Part shown: piece by piece, positions 34,532 through 44,739 of the stretch
How positions within the stretch are numbered: position 1 is the stretch's first letter
How the letters are laid out: every line of letters starts with the position of its first letter
Virus record (IMG/VR): IMGVR_UViG_3300014202_000478
Coordinates: 27,464 to 91,463 of that record
Origin: a virus
Reading direction: 5' to 3' (one strand)
Length of the DNA stretch: 64,000 nt
Made by a program: the position numbers and the translations under genes
Notes under the pieces: model-generated
What the model was told of the DNA's origin: nothing
What the model saw: the letters and a program-made list of their open reading frames with translations, nothing else
Database searches by the model: none

Positions 34532-34565
34532 AAAAAGGCGAGTCTTTAAAGACTCGCCTTTTTTT
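34532..34565. terminator. bidirectional intrinsic terminator
   Basis: AAAAAGGCGAGTC-TTTAAA-GACTCGCCTTTTTTT between convergent units. Confidence 0.9.
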
Positions 34566-34574
34566 AATTTCTTT

Positions 34575-35336
34575 TTATTCTACAAATGTCGCTGTCCAGA
34601 AATCATCTGCTAATTGCATATTGCACAAATATGCGTATGGCATGTAGCAATAACCTTTATCACCCCACATGCCCCAACTATTGCGGACTATGAATCTTTG
34701 TTTAGTATCATCATAGCCAACAATCATGATCGCGTGGCCACCAAGCATTCTTTCACTGCGGGCAGGCATTGGAACCATGCCAGTGCGGGCGACCGCTGGA
34801 GTTTCAAATGAACTATAAACCGCAAACCCACCCACAATTGGAAAACCATTTGCAAGGCAGGATCGCATGTCTTCCAATCGGGAATTGTTTACGCGAGTAT
34901 AACGCAAAACTTGATAATTCAATCCATCTTTGTAGACATTTGCATTTGGCTTAACTGCGAACTTTTTGATATCATACCACCAGAGATTTTCATTCGGATT
35001 GCCCAACTGAGATACTACTTTGAAACCACTTCTGATGGTAGCACCTGCGTCTACTCTCACAGTGCCTTCCAAAACTCTCTCATTGTAATAAATGAACAAT
35101 CTCGATGGAGTAAATGTCGTTTGGTTTTGTTTCTTCTTCAAGTATTCAACTAACCCAGCAATAGCTTGGGCTGTGCAAGACCCTAAACTACCCTGATCGT
35201 AAACCTTTGGGCAGCCAGGTCTTAAGTCAATTAATGGTGGTGATGCCGCCAATGTCATAGGTGGCGCATAATGGAAATCTCTAAAGTCGGGTACGCTATT
35301 CTTCCAGCCGTAACCCTTTTTTGTTACTTTGCTCAT
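34575..35336 (-). CDS. papain-family (C1A) cysteine peptidase
   Basis: DQGSLGSCTAQA, SRLFIYYNER, GGHAIMIVGY, RNSWG. Confidence 0.93.
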   Translation of the reverse strand: MSKVTKKGYGWKNSVPDFRDFHYAPPMTLAASPPLIDLRPGCPKVYDQGSLGSCTAQAIAGLVEYLKKKQNQTTFTPSRLFIYYNERVLEGTVRVDAGATIRSGFKVVSQLGNPNENLWWYDIKKFAVKPNANVYKDGLNYQVLRYTRVNNSRLEDMRSCLANGFPIVGGFAVYSSFETPAVARTGMVPMPARSERMLGGHAIMIVGYDDTKQRFIVRNSWGMWGDKGYCYMPYAYLCNMQLADDFWTATFVE

Positions 35337-35365
35337 ACAATAATTATAGTTTGTTTTGGGGATTT

Positions 35366-36022
35366 ATGAATAAAATAACATGTGGTAATTGTATAGAATT
35401 AATGAAAGCAATGGATGCCGATTCTGTAGAAATGACTCTAACGGACATCCCTTACGATGTTGTTAACCGTGACTCAAATGGGATTAGAAACTTCGATAAG
35501 ACTGATGCCGATGAGAAGACGTTTAATTTGGATGTTTTTGTTGCGGAAGTGGCAAGAGTGACAAAAGGAAGTGTTTACATCTTTTGCTCAACTGAACAGG
35601 TAAGTTTCTTGAGAGCAGAACTAATCAAATATGGATTGTCAACAAGGCTATGTATATGGGAAAAAACGAACCCAAGCCCTGTAAATGGGCAATATATATG
35701 GCTTTCTGGCGTGGAATGCTGTGTTTATGGCAAAAAGAAGAAAGCGGCGTTCAATGAACACTGCAAAAACACAGTATGGCGTTATCCAGTGGTAAGAAAA
35801 CAATTGCATCCTACACAGAAACCACTTGATCTATTTCGCTATCTTGTTAAAGTAAGTAGCAATCAGGGAGATACTGTTTTCGATCCATGTGTCGGTAGTG
35901 GGACTACTCCGCTGGCGGCAGCACTGGAAGGGCGTAAATACATCGCTTTTGATCTTAGTGAAGAATATGTGGCAATAGCTAAAAAGCGCATTGAGGAAAC
36001 TCAATTAGTGCATGAAGTATAA
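35366..36022 (+). CDS. DNA amino-methyltransferase (beta class)
   Basis: TDIPY, HPTQKP, VFDPCVGSGTT. Confidence 0.9.
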   Translation: MNKITCGNCIELMKAMDADSVEMTLTDIPYDVVNRDSNGIRNFDKTDADEKTFNLDVFVAEVARVTKGSVYIFCSTEQVSFLRAELIKYGLSTRLCIWEKTNPSPVNGQYIWLSGVECCVYGKKKKAAFNEHCKNTVWRYPVVRKQLHPTQKPLDLFRYLVKVSSNQGDTVFDPCVGSGTTPLAAALEGRKYIAFDLSEEYVAIAKKRIEETQLVHEV

Positions 36023-36254
36023 TTCAATTTGTTGCATTTGCGGTCGAAAAACCCCTGAATGCGAAAGCATCTCAGAGCATGGCTACATGAAAAATAAGTT
36101 AGGGTTTTCGGAAGTTACTATTATAAGCGGTTATTATCCTAATGGATATCATTATTCAATACGCAAGATAGATTTTTGCCCTTCTTGTTCCAAGAAATCT
36201 TATACGATAGAGGATTTAAAGACTATCGGCAACTACAATCAGTGGAGCTACTGA
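36012..36254 (+). CDS. small Cys-motif hypothetical protein
   Basis: CCIC and CPSC; overlaps both neighbours. Confidence 0.55.
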   Translation: MKYNSICCICGRKTPECESISEHGYMKNKLGFSEVTIISGYYPNGYHYSIRKIDFCPSCSKKSYTIEDLKTIGNYNQWSY

Positions 36255-37894
36255 TGGCAAAGTATATTGCAATTTTAGGTGGTGTAATTAGTGGCACTGG
36301 AAAGGGTATTTCCGCTGCTTCTATTGGTTTTCTATTGAGTTTGCGTGGTCATAAGGTTCAACCTATTAAGTTTGATCCTTATTTCAACACAAACGCAGGA
36401 GTCCTTGCACCTAGAGAACATGGCGAAGTGTTCCTCTGCGATGACGGCAGCGAAACGGATTTAGATTTAGGACACTACGAACGTATTATTGGCGTACCAG
36501 TTTCAGGCAAGAATATCATGACCAGCGGTACGCTCTACAAGGAACTTCTCAATGAAGAAGAAGAGGGTAAATATCTTGGTCAGACTGTCCAGGTTATTCC
36601 ACATCTTACAGATAAAATACAAGCCCGTCTAACCGAATTAGGAAAGGACACAGAAATTGTAATTTGTGAGATTGGTGGCACCGTTGGCGACCTGGAAAGC
36701 GGCCCCTACCTAGAAGCTATACGCCAATTCAAACAAAAGAATTGGGACGATGTTTTGATTATGTTGGTTGGCCCTATTCTATGGATTCCAACAATCAAAG
36801 AGTTTAAGACCAAACCACTGCAAAACAGTGTCAAGGAAATGCAGTCATTCGGCTTGCAGCCTGATATATTGCTTTGCCGTATTGATCGTGAAATGCCAAC
36901 GAAGATGTTAGACAAAATCGCCAATCTAACCAATGTGCCCCGTGAAGCGGTCTTTGATGCTCCTGACGTTAAGACCATTTACCAAGTCCCAATCGAGTTT
37001 TATAACCGTCATATTGACGACCTTATCGCTGATAAGTTCCACTTAAAGCGTAATGGCTGTCGCATCCACAAGTATCGTGAGCTAGTAGAAAAGTATGTAG
37101 ATCATGAGGATATGCCTGTAGTGACCATAGCCATTGTAGGCAAGTATGATAACTGCGACGAAGCTTATCTTTCTCTAAAAGAAGCTGTTTATCATGCTGC
37201 GGTCGAACATGAAGTAAGGGCCGATATCAAGTGGATTAATGCCAAAGAACTTGAGCAAGCCAAGGATATGCGTGGTGTATGGAAGTATTTCGAAGACGTG
37301 GATGGCGTAATCGTTCCAGGTGGATTTGATTCATCTGGCGTCGAGGGTAAGATTCGTGCCATTAAGTATGTCCGCGAGAAAAAGATTCCTTTCCTGGGCA
37401 TTTGTTTAGGTTTGCAATGTGCTGTTATTGAAATTGCTCGCAATCTGTGCCACTTGGAAGGTGCCAATAGCGTTGAGTTCGATAAAGAAACCAAGCATCC
37501 TGTTATTCACTTTGTAGAAGGGCAGGAGAAGATTAGGAAGAAGTCAGGGACAATGAGGTTGGGTGCTTTTGATTGTGAATTAGTCAAGGGCAGTATTATA
37601 CATGAATTGTATAAGAAGTCTTTAATTAGTGAAAGACACCGCCATCGTTATGAAGTTAATTCTGAGTATGTTAGTTCTCTTGAGAAAGCACAATTTATAA
37701 CTTCTGGAGTAAATCCTGACACCAAGTTAATTGAAATGATGGAGTTAGAGCGTGGTACTAATCAGTTCTTCGTAGCTACCCAGGCTCACCCTGAGTTTAA
37801 GAGTAGATTAGGGAGTCCTGCCCCACTGTTTATTGGTTTAATTCAGGCGGCTATTAAATCAAAAGGCGAAAAAGCTCCTGCTAATACTACATAA
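36254..37894 (+). CDS. pyrG: CTP synthase
   Basis: GGVISGTGKG, DLDLGHYER, GGTVGDLE, GICLGLQ, ERHRHRYE, QAHPEF. Confidence 0.97.
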   Translation: MAKYIAILGGVISGTGKGISAASIGFLLSLRGHKVQPIKFDPYFNTNAGVLAPREHGEVFLCDDGSETDLDLGHYERIIGVPVSGKNIMTSGTLYKELLNEEEEGKYLGQTVQVIPHLTDKIQARLTELGKDTEIVICEIGGTVGDLESGPYLEAIRQFKQKNWDDVLIMLVGPILWIPTIKEFKTKPLQNSVKEMQSFGLQPDILLCRIDREMPTKMLDKIANLTNVPREAVFDAPDVKTIYQVPIEFYNRHIDDLIADKFHLKRNGCRIHKYRELVEKYVDHEDMPVVTIAIVGKYDNCDEAYLSLKEAVYHAAVEHEVRADIKWINAKELEQAKDMRGVWKYFEDVDGVIVPGGFDSSGVEGKIRAIKYVREKKIPFLGICLGLQCAVIEIARNLCHLEGANSVEFDKETKHPVIHFVEGQEKIRKKSGTMRLGAFDCELVKGSIIHELYKKSLISERHRHRYEVNSEYVSSLEKAQFITSGVNPDTKLIEMMELERGTNQFFVATQAHPEFKSRLGSPAPLFIGLIQAAIKSKGEKAPANTT

Positions 37895-37916
37895 TTGTAG
37901 TTTTAGAAAGGGAATT

Positions 37917-38384
37917 ATGGAGTTTAAGAATTTTTTGCTTACAGAACAGAAAGGTTATCTAGCTCATAAGGTTAATGATGTATTAACTGGCATCCACGAA
38001 TTGCTTGCGGCAAAGAAGCAAATGGGTGCAAAACAGATGGTTAGAAACGCGGAAGACGTTGCGAACCAGATTCGCAAAATTCTTCATTCAGCTTGGCCAC
38101 GCTCGGAACATAAGTATTTAAAGGTCTTGCAACAATGTGGAGTTGCACTGATGAAAGCCATTGAGGACAAAGGCGACTTGCCCGACGTGTTTAATAGCGT
38201 AAGATCAGAGTTGGAAAAGCTGAGTCACAGGTTCCGAGTTCCAGCGAACAAGCTAGGCACAGGCAAGGAAGACACGCCAAAGCGTCCAGAAGGCCCACCA
38301 CCTGGACAGGAACAGGCACCGCTGCCTCCGACACAGCAGCCAACGATGCCACAACAAGGCGGGCCACCACCAATGGGAATGTAA
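37917..38384 (+). CDS. hypothetical protein with capsid-targeting-like N-terminus and Pro/Gln tail
   Basis: MEFKNFLLTE...GPPPGQEQAPLPPTQQP. Confidence 0.75.
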   Translation: MEFKNFLLTEQKGYLAHKVNDVLTGIHELLAAKKQMGAKQMVRNAEDVANQIRKILHSAWPRSEHKYLKVLQQCGVALMKAIEDKGDLPDVFNSVRSELEKLSHRFRVPANKLGTGKEDTPKRPEGPPPGQEQAPLPPTQQPTMPQQGGPPPMGM

Positions 38385-38825
38385 ATGAGAATTGCTTCTG
38401 AAGTACATAAATTAACCGTTTTAATCGAGAGATATTGGGTTGGGTGTAAGAAACAATTTCTCCACTATGGAGATTGTGAAATATACTCAGCCCATCGCCC
38501 TTTTTGTAGCTGTGGCTTACTCCACCAACTAAGATATTTAGACTATACACTTGCAGAGATAGTTTTTCCTAGATTCACCGATGATCTATATTACCAAGAT
38601 ATGGGGACCAGGAAAAAGAAAAGAAACAAGAAAGAAACAGCCGAGGCCATGAAACTACTAGAAAGTGTATTTGGACCTATACAAAAGCCTAACTACGAAG
38701 ACTTAAAGATGGATTATGAAGACATGAGTAAGATTCTTAATACTGTGTTTACCAAGAAAATGTTCCCAGGTGCTTTTAGAAGATTGGATAAATGGATTGA
38801 AAAAGAAGTCACTCATCAGGAATAG
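38385..38825 (+). CDS. hypothetical protein (HxxxCxxxxxxxxxCxCG motif)
   Basis: 146 aa ORF. Confidence 0.65.
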   Translation: MRIASEVHKLTVLIERYWVGCKKQFLHYGDCEIYSAHRPFCSCGLLHQLRYLDYTLAEIVFPRFTDDLYYQDMGTRKKKRNKKETAEAMKLLESVFGPIQKPNYEDLKMDYEDMSKILNTVFTKKMFPGAFRRLDKWIEKEVTHQE

Positions 38826-39318
38826 GCTTTTGTTCTTCATGCTCATCTTCCAAATGTTCTAACACTTCTGCAACACCTTCGCTAGTCAACTGACCCAACG
38901 TAACCGCATGATGCAATGCTTCCAACAATTTATTTTGTGTGGCTATTAATCGCTCCAGATCAGACTGTAGTTGTCTTTGAAGTCCTTTAATCTCTTCTTC
39001 GTGTGCGATATCCTGTTCTACTAGCTCTTTTAACTCTATAAAAATAGCACGATATGCTATATCTTGTTTCTTTTCAGAACGGTTTTGGCTCATCATAATG
39101 AATGGAGCCTGAAATGCGGCGACAAAACTGAGCAATAGATTGAGTAGAATGTAGGGGTAAGGATCAAAATGGTATGGCTGGAACATCTCTAATGAATTGA
39201 ATATAATCCAACACGCCAGTAGAGAACCGAATAGAATAATGAACTTCCACGATCCTGCAAACTCGGCTACATCATCTGCTATTCTTTCTCCGAATGTCCT
39301 ATCATCATTTTTCACCAC
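38809..39318 (-). CDS. DUF1003-like membrane protein
   Basis: RTFGERIADDVAEFAGSW, FDPYPYILLNL, QAPFIMMSQNR; exact TATAAATA 4 nt upstream of GTG. Confidence 0.88.
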   Translation of the reverse strand: MVKNDDRTFGERIADDVAEFAGSWKFIILFGSLLACWIIFNSLEMFQPYHFDPYPYILLNLLLSFVAAFQAPFIMMSQNRSEKKQDIAYRAIFIELKELVEQDIAHEEEIKGLQRQLQSDLERLIATQNKLLEALHHAVTLGQLTSEGVAEVLEHLEDEHEEQKPIPDE

Positions 39319-39375
39319 CAATTATTTATAGATTGACAAAACTTTTTAATATTGATAATCTTACTAAATAACTTC

Positions 39376-39912
39376 ATGGATGATGATTTTATTGTGGATG
39401 ACAGCTTTCTTATGCCAAAGAAAAAAAAGATTAATACAGGCCGCAAGGGTAAGCGACGTGAGCGTGAAGTAGCCAAGATTTTCAATGAGCGATTTGGCGG
39501 CGGATTCTCGCGGTCAGTAGGCTCTGGCAACCGTTGGTCACAGGTAGCCAATTTACCAAAGCACGCGCAGGATACGTTCTCTGGCGACTTAGTGACACCA
39601 GAAAACTTTGCTTTCACGATTGAAAGCAAAGGCGGCTATGATGACATAGATTTGGTGTCTGTTTTCGACGGTGGCCATTCGCAAATTGACGAATTTTTAG
39701 AACAGGCTCAATTCGACGCTGATAGGTGCGGTCGCAAACCTATGCTCGTCTGGAAGAAAAGCCGCAAGCCTTTATTGGGCATGATAAAAACAACCGATAT
39801 TCCCCATGAAAATTGGGAATATCGGTTGTTTTATAGAGAATGGTCTATGGTCAATCTTGAAGAACTTCTTAAGGTTGACAACGCATTCTGGTTTAAGTCG
39901 GACTCCCACTAA
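39376..39912 (+). CDS. Holliday junction resolvase-like PD-(D/E)xK nuclease
   Basis: KGKRREREVAK, GDLV, IESK motifs. Confidence 0.8.
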   Translation: MDDDFIVDDSFLMPKKKKINTGRKGKRREREVAKIFNERFGGGFSRSVGSGNRWSQVANLPKHAQDTFSGDLVTPENFAFTIESKGGYDDIDLVSVFDGGHSQIDEFLEQAQFDADRCGRKPMLVWKKSRKPLLGMIKTTDIPHENWEYRLFYREWSMVNLEELLKVDNAFWFKSDSH

Positions 39913-40480
39913 GCGCATCTTCCACATCAGCCTGAATTGCTTCATCGGTTTGTCTGGTGTCAGACTTTGAGCTAACAGACGTATGTTGATTTCTCTTTGG
40001 TCGATACATTGTGCGATAGTTATTCTGCCACTCGAAAATGTCATCCAAAGCAGGACGTAGGTGTGTCCTGAACTTACCTCCCCGTAGAAAGATACGAATG
40101 GCCGCGACCGTGCGACGGTAAATTTCCTCGGTGTTATTGCGCTTGTTATGACGAATGAGCCATTCCCACAGCGCCAGGCAAGGATCACCGTGGCCTTTAA
40201 ATTCACGCTTAGCAACCGCTTCTACAAACGGCTGCATCTTCTTTTTGCCTTCCCATAGGATTGCCTTACCAAGTGCGCCAGCGACCGCACTACTCATAGT
40301 TTTTGGCAACACTTCTTCAAGGTACGCGATTGTTTCGCCATAGACTCTCTTGAAGTCTTCCATGTCCCTGTCGCTTGCGGCAACGTTGTTGGCTTTGATT
40401 ATGCCGTTACATCCTTTCATCATTTGATTGGCGATACTATCGAATCTGTTGCCACGGGCGCGAGTTCGATCAGAAGACAT
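39893..40480 (-). CDS. hypothetical protein, paralogue of C-terminal half of 43331..44560
   Basis: GDPCLALWEWL...YRRTVAAI...DIFEW vs GDPAKALYLWL...YKKALAAI...DIFEW. Confidence 0.7.
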   Translation of the reverse strand: MSSDRTRARGNRFDSIANQMMKGCNGIIKANNVAASDRDMEDFKRVYGETIAYLEEVLPKTMSSAVAGALGKAILWEGKKKMQPFVEAVAKREFKGHGDPCLALWEWLIRHNKRNNTEEIYRRTVAAIRIFLRGGKFRTHLRPALDDIFEWQNNYRTMYRPKRNQHTSVSSKSDTRQTDEAIQADVEDALSGSPT

Positions 40481-40489
40481 TAGACCCTC

Positions 40490-41725
40490 CTATTCAAAAT
40501 TATCGAGTTTATAAGTCTTGCTTGTCGCTGGGATATAGGCAGACGAGGCGTTCCTAGTCATGAACCAATGCCATCGGTCGGGAATTTGCGGAGTCACTGG
40601 ACCTCCCTTGCCATCCGTAATCAGAAATACCCCTTCTGGATAGGCTGATTTTTCGCTACGGATGATCTTCTGAATGTTCCGCTCGATAATGTCGAATGCA
40701 GTCCCGCCGCCGCCGTAGATTTTTTTGGACGCCAGACTCGTTTCCTCTACCCGCGTGTCGAAGCAGAATAATCTTACTACGAAACGATCCTTTGGCAAGG
40801 ACAGCGCAGCGCGGAAAAACCGTTCCTTGTACTTTATACAAGAACCAGATGTGTCCATATACAAATGAATAGGTATACGGTCAAAGTCCTTGGATTCATC
40901 CTCCATTTCACTTGGAAGGAAAATGTCTTGTGGAAGTAGCTCAAAACGGCGGGCCATCTTAGCCCACTGTTCATGTTCATCCAATCCATCCTTCATATAC
41001 TTCAAGCTCCACTTGAAGATAACACTCTCCCATTTCTTCTTAGCGGCAACAGGTTCTACCTTAACGAAAGACCATCCCCCATAGCCACTCCCACCAACAT
41101 CATCGTCTGGTGGTGGTTCTTCAAAGTGCTTCTTAATTATGTCCTTAATCGTATCTTTTTCTTCTGGAGACAGTCTACCATCAAGCTTACCAATGATCTT
41201 ATCGACTTGGCCTTTCATCATGGAATGATCGTCAATCGTGAACACTTCGATCACCATTGTTTCTGGAATCTTCTGATAGTAGTATTCATATGATTCATCC
41301 GTTGGGATTTCCGCCACAGCAGGATCATCTTTGAACACAGTATCAGTCCAGCATAAAACATCTTCATCCCTGATTCGCGTGCGGTCAAATCCGAATGAGC
41401 TTACCAACAGATGGTTTACGACAATATCCAGTGCGGTGTTGATCCGTCTTGCATCAGTGCCCTTAGTAGTGCGGGTGCCGTGGTTCAAAACGACGTGCAG
41501 ACATTCGTGCGCAATTACGAACAGTCGTTCATAGGGTGTTAGATTGTTCCAATAATCAGGATTAAACAAAAACTCTACAAACTCGCCACCGTTGGCAAAA
41601 CGGACGGCAGCGGTTTCAATTTCGTCAGAGAAGAATGGACGACCCATATGCCATAGTTCATAGAACAAAGCATGATGGCTTTCTAGCTCAAGACTAATTT
41701 CCATCCAATCCGCTTGGCTAATCAT
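40490..41725 (-). CDS. metallopeptidase-like + VWA domain protein (DUF2201-like)
   Basis: AHECLH (HExxH), DTSGS MIDAS, GGGGTAF, ITDG. Confidence 0.85.
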   Translation of the reverse strand: MISQADWMEISLELESHHALFYELWHMGRPFFSDEIETAAVRFANGGEFVEFLFNPDYWNNLTPYERLFVIAHECLHVVLNHGTRTTKGTDARRINTALDIVVNHLLVSSFGFDRTRIRDEDVLCWTDTVFKDDPAVAEIPTDESYEYYYQKIPETMVIEVFTIDDHSMMKGQVDKIIGKLDGRLSPEEKDTIKDIIKKHFEEPPPDDDVGGSGYGGWSFVKVEPVAAKKKWESVIFKWSLKYMKDGLDEHEQWAKMARRFELLPQDIFLPSEMEDESKDFDRIPIHLYMDTSGSCIKYKERFFRAALSLPKDRFVVRLFCFDTRVEETSLASKKIYGGGGTAFDIIERNIQKIIRSEKSAYPEGVFLITDGKGGPVTPQIPDRWHWFMTRNASSAYIPATSKTYKLDNFE

Positions 41726-43203
41726 TAATTGACCTTCCTTAAAGGACAATAGATTCTCTTGTCCATACCACTGTCCTTCATCTTCCCTAAGAGTTTGTCG
41801 AACTTGTCGCCATAGTTCGTCAAAATCTCATTCCAAGAAAGACTGCTGGCCTTGTTAATTTGGTCAATACAATGATTGAAGATCGGCACAAGCTTTCTAA
41901 ATTGTTTGAGCGTACCCGCATGGGTGCGTGCCGCAAGCATGTTAACCAATTCCAACGATCCTTTGGCTTCTTCCAGGGTCATAGTCGCTGGAATCCAATC
42001 CGCAAGTTCATCATAAATCTTCATTCGCTGTGGAGTGGTATCCATTGGCTCAGTAAGCCAATTTGCTATGCGAGTTGACCACGGCGTTCCTGATACACGA
42101 CCGCTATGCCAGGGCTTTTCAAAGCCGACTGGTGCCGCATTGGTGCCAAAGGATGCCGCCAACAGTTTATTAGAGTCTATTTCTTTCCTCAGTCTTCGGA
42201 CTAGCACCTTGTCTGTGTTAGTCCTTAGAGCATCTTTAACTAGACGCTGAAACAAGGGTACGGTATCACAGTTTGCAACAATGAATTTATAAGCCGATTC
42301 ATTAGTGGCCATCATTGATGCTAATTTTTCTGTAGACACTGCCTGTAGAAAGAACATCATCCAAGCGTTCTCTTCTACATCGTCTGGAATATGACTACTG
42401 AGCAGCTTGTACGCCGCCGCGTAGTTATTCTCAACCGCAAGATACTTCTTAGCGGCCTCTAGATCGGCACCCTTAAACAAATCCTTCAACCGTTCGTCAA
42501 TAGGACCAGTCTTTAATAGACCACTTAGCTTAGAAGGACCAGAAGAATGCGGCAGTACGTCTTTGATATCACCAGACAAATTGTAGACTTTCAGCGCATA
42601 TTCGAGACGGCGCGGACTTACTTCCATCTTTTGTTCGTCTGAGAGAGCTTCCCACCAACTGACCGCTGCTTTCGCCTGGCGCTGGTCAAATCTCTTAATG
42701 AAATAGTCCAAGCTAACGTCATATGGAACGCCGATTTGGATTTCAAAACGATCCTTTTGTGTTTTGTCTAATGCTTCAACCTGATAATCCCCCTCTTCTT
42801 CGGGATTAATTGAAGCCCAAATCATGCGGAGATTATTGAATGGCCTGCCATTCATGCTCTTGAATTGGAGCAATTCCATGACCGCGTTGCGCACCTTTTT
42901 GTGCGAGCGGTTAAATTCATCCATGTAGATCACTTCAACGTCGCCATCCCGCATATCGCGTGGCAGAACGTATTCGAGATATGGACCACGTTCATCGGTC
43001 ACGACTTTAGGAACACCGATGAAGTCACACCACGGGTCCATTGTGGCTGCGCTGAAGTATTTGAATTTTAGATTGTGTCTTTTGAAAGCGTCGATAATGC
43101 GAGTTGTTTTACCTACGCCATAGTGCCCTACCAACATGACATTGAGATTGTTCTTAATCCAGAAATCAAGTTTTTCGTCTCGCAACTCTCGAATGACTTG
43201 CAT
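41725..43203 (-). CDS. MoxR-like AAA+ ATPase
   Basis: GHYGVGKT, YMDEFNR, ASINP, DRF; AGGAG RBS before ATG 43203. Confidence 0.88.
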   Translation of the reverse strand: MQVIRELRDEKLDFWIKNNLNVMLVGHYGVGKTTRIIDAFKRHNLKFKYFSAATMDPWCDFIGVPKVVTDERGPYLEYVLPRDMRDGDVEVIYMDEFNRSHKKVRNAVMELLQFKSMNGRPFNNLRMIWASINPEEEGDYQVEALDKTQKDRFEIQIGVPYDVSLDYFIKRFDQRQAKAAVSWWEALSDEQKMEVSPRRLEYALKVYNLSGDIKDVLPHSSGPSKLSGLLKTGPIDERLKDLFKGADLEAAKKYLAVENNYAAAYKLLSSHIPDDVEENAWMMFFLQAVSTEKLASMMATNESAYKFIVANCDTVPLFQRLVKDALRTNTDKVLVRRLRKEIDSNKLLAASFGTNAAPVGFEKPWHSGRVSGTPWSTRIANWLTEPMDTTPQRMKIYDELADWIPATMTLEEAKGSLELVNMLAARTHAGTLKQFRKLVPIFNHCIDQINKASSLSWNEILTNYGDKFDKLLGKMKDSGMDKRIYCPLRKVN

Positions 43204-43260
43204 GTTCGCGCCCCATGTTTTTTGATGCTTCTCTCCTATTAGTATACTACGAATTAACGG

Positions 43261-43311
43261 AAAGTAAAAGAACCAAAGTAGGTGGATAAATGTCCACCTA
43301 CTTTGGTTCTT
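43261..43311 (-). terminator. 19-bp perfect hairpin, probable terminator
   Basis: aagaaccaaagtaggtgga-taaatg-tccacctactttggttctt; T-rich tail on minus strand. Confidence 0.75.
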
Positions 43312-43330
43312 AAAGACTATACAACCTCTT

Positions 43331-44560
43331 TTATTCGGTTGGTTCGTTTTCATCGCTGTGGATGAAGACTTTACCCTTGCACAGCGCATTCTCTGGCACG
43401 TTCCATCCTGGCAACCATTCGAAGATATCCTGCTCTTTCGCTGTGATTCGCTTGGCGTCACGCTTAGCCGCGTGTGCATGAATCGCGGCCAATGCCTTCT
43501 TATAGTAGATCACAGGGGAGACATAGGCGGTACGCCGTCCCTGTTGCTTGGCGTTTTGCAGCCACAAATACAACGCCTTAGCGGGATCACCGTCACCGCA
43601 GAACTGAACCGTCCGCAACCGTTCTATGAACGGGCCGCAGACCTCTTCGCCCCACCACAAAAGGCTCTTGCCAACCACGGCTTGCAGGTCAGCACGATAA
43701 GCCTTCATATGATCCAGGGTCCAGTTAATGACCCGCTTGTGCTTGAACATAAACGCGGCAACTTCGCTTTCGGTATAACGAATGCCACGATTGCTCAAAC
43801 CCCACATCATAGAACGGCAGACCGCCGCCGTCTTTTGGGTCATCTTCAATTCGGGGAACAAGAAGCCCAGCTTCTCGTTAATACCACGCTTATCGCCCGA
43901 ATCCGTGGCATAGATGCCTTCTGGCGGTACATTCCAGGTGCAATAGAACGGCCAGCCAGAACCCGCCTTAATGACGGCCACGGCACGGTGTTGCCCATCG
44001 TGCATGTTGCCGAGCTTATTAATGGCGATGGATTCGTGCGTCTGGAGCCAGCGGTGATTCTGAATATCCCGCTTTAGCCCCTCAACGTGGGTCATCTTGA
44101 TCTTGCGGTTCAGCGGGTTGAAGTCTAGCAGCCGCTGCGCCATTTCAGGCGTGATATAGACGAACTCACTATACTGGTGGCCCAAACGCGGATACTGGAA
44201 CCACGGCTTGACGTTGCCTTCCTTTGCGGCACAATCCAGGTAGTAATCGTGATTCTCCATCGCACGACGCCATTCATCAGCGTCACAGGAGCTAGGACAG
44301 GCAGGCCAGTGTGCGGGATGGACCACAGGTGGCACAGAAGGTGCGATGGCCAAAGGCAGATTAGACGTGGGCATGACCGCGAGTGTCGGCGGTGCAGTAC
44401 CATTACCCATCTTTTTCATCGTCAATCGGTTAATAAGATCACCGATGGTATTCTCAGTCATTTCTCCCGCCCCAGCATCCTGTTGCAACGCAACCTGTTC
44501 ATCCTTGCGGCGCTGGGAATCAATCCTACGGTACTTCCGCTGCCGTGACTTCTTGGACAT
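43331..44560 (-). CDS. ParB/DGQHR-like N-domain protein
   Basis: ITPEMAQRLLDFNPLNRKI...RDI...RW...HDGQHRAVAV. Confidence 0.75.
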   Translation of the reverse strand: MSKKSRQRKYRRIDSQRRKDEQVALQQDAGAGEMTENTIGDLINRLTMKKMGNGTAPPTLAVMPTSNLPLAIAPSVPPVVHPAHWPACPSSCDADEWRRAMENHDYYLDCAAKEGNVKPWFQYPRLGHQYSEFVYITPEMAQRLLDFNPLNRKIKMTHVEGLKRDIQNHRWLQTHESIAINKLGNMHDGQHRAVAVIKAGSGWPFYCTWNVPPEGIYATDSGDKRGINEKLGFLFPELKMTQKTAAVCRSMMWGLSNRGIRYTESEVAAFMFKHKRVINWTLDHMKAYRADLQAVVGKSLLWWGEEVCGPFIERLRTVQFCGDGDPAKALYLWLQNAKQQGRRTAYVSPVIYYKKALAAIHAHAAKRDAKRITAKEQDIFEWLPGWNVPENALCKGKVFIHSDENEPTE

Positions 44561-44676
44561 ATTTCCCCCAAAAAATAGGCTGATCGGTTTAGGTCTACGT
44601 TAACTTACTACCTTTTTCAGCAACCGCAAATGGAATTTTAGTTTCAGTCGAAAAGGAGGCAACCCACATAAGATAC

Positions 44677-44713
44677 GACAAAATCCGCCCTTGGTAAGTG
44701 CCAGGGCGGATTT
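44677..44713 (-). terminator. intrinsic terminator
   Basis: AAATCCGCCC...GGGCGGATTT stem followed by T residues. Confidence 0.7.
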
Positions 44714-44739
44714 GACATAAGTTGTTTAAAACAAACGGT

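Noticed and set aside
43358-44077. 239-aa plus-strand ORF and similar long antisense ORFs (26258-26848, 57680-58213, 1397-1921)
   Set aside because: Shadows of well-supported genes in GC-rich or low-complexity sequence; no RBS or motifs.
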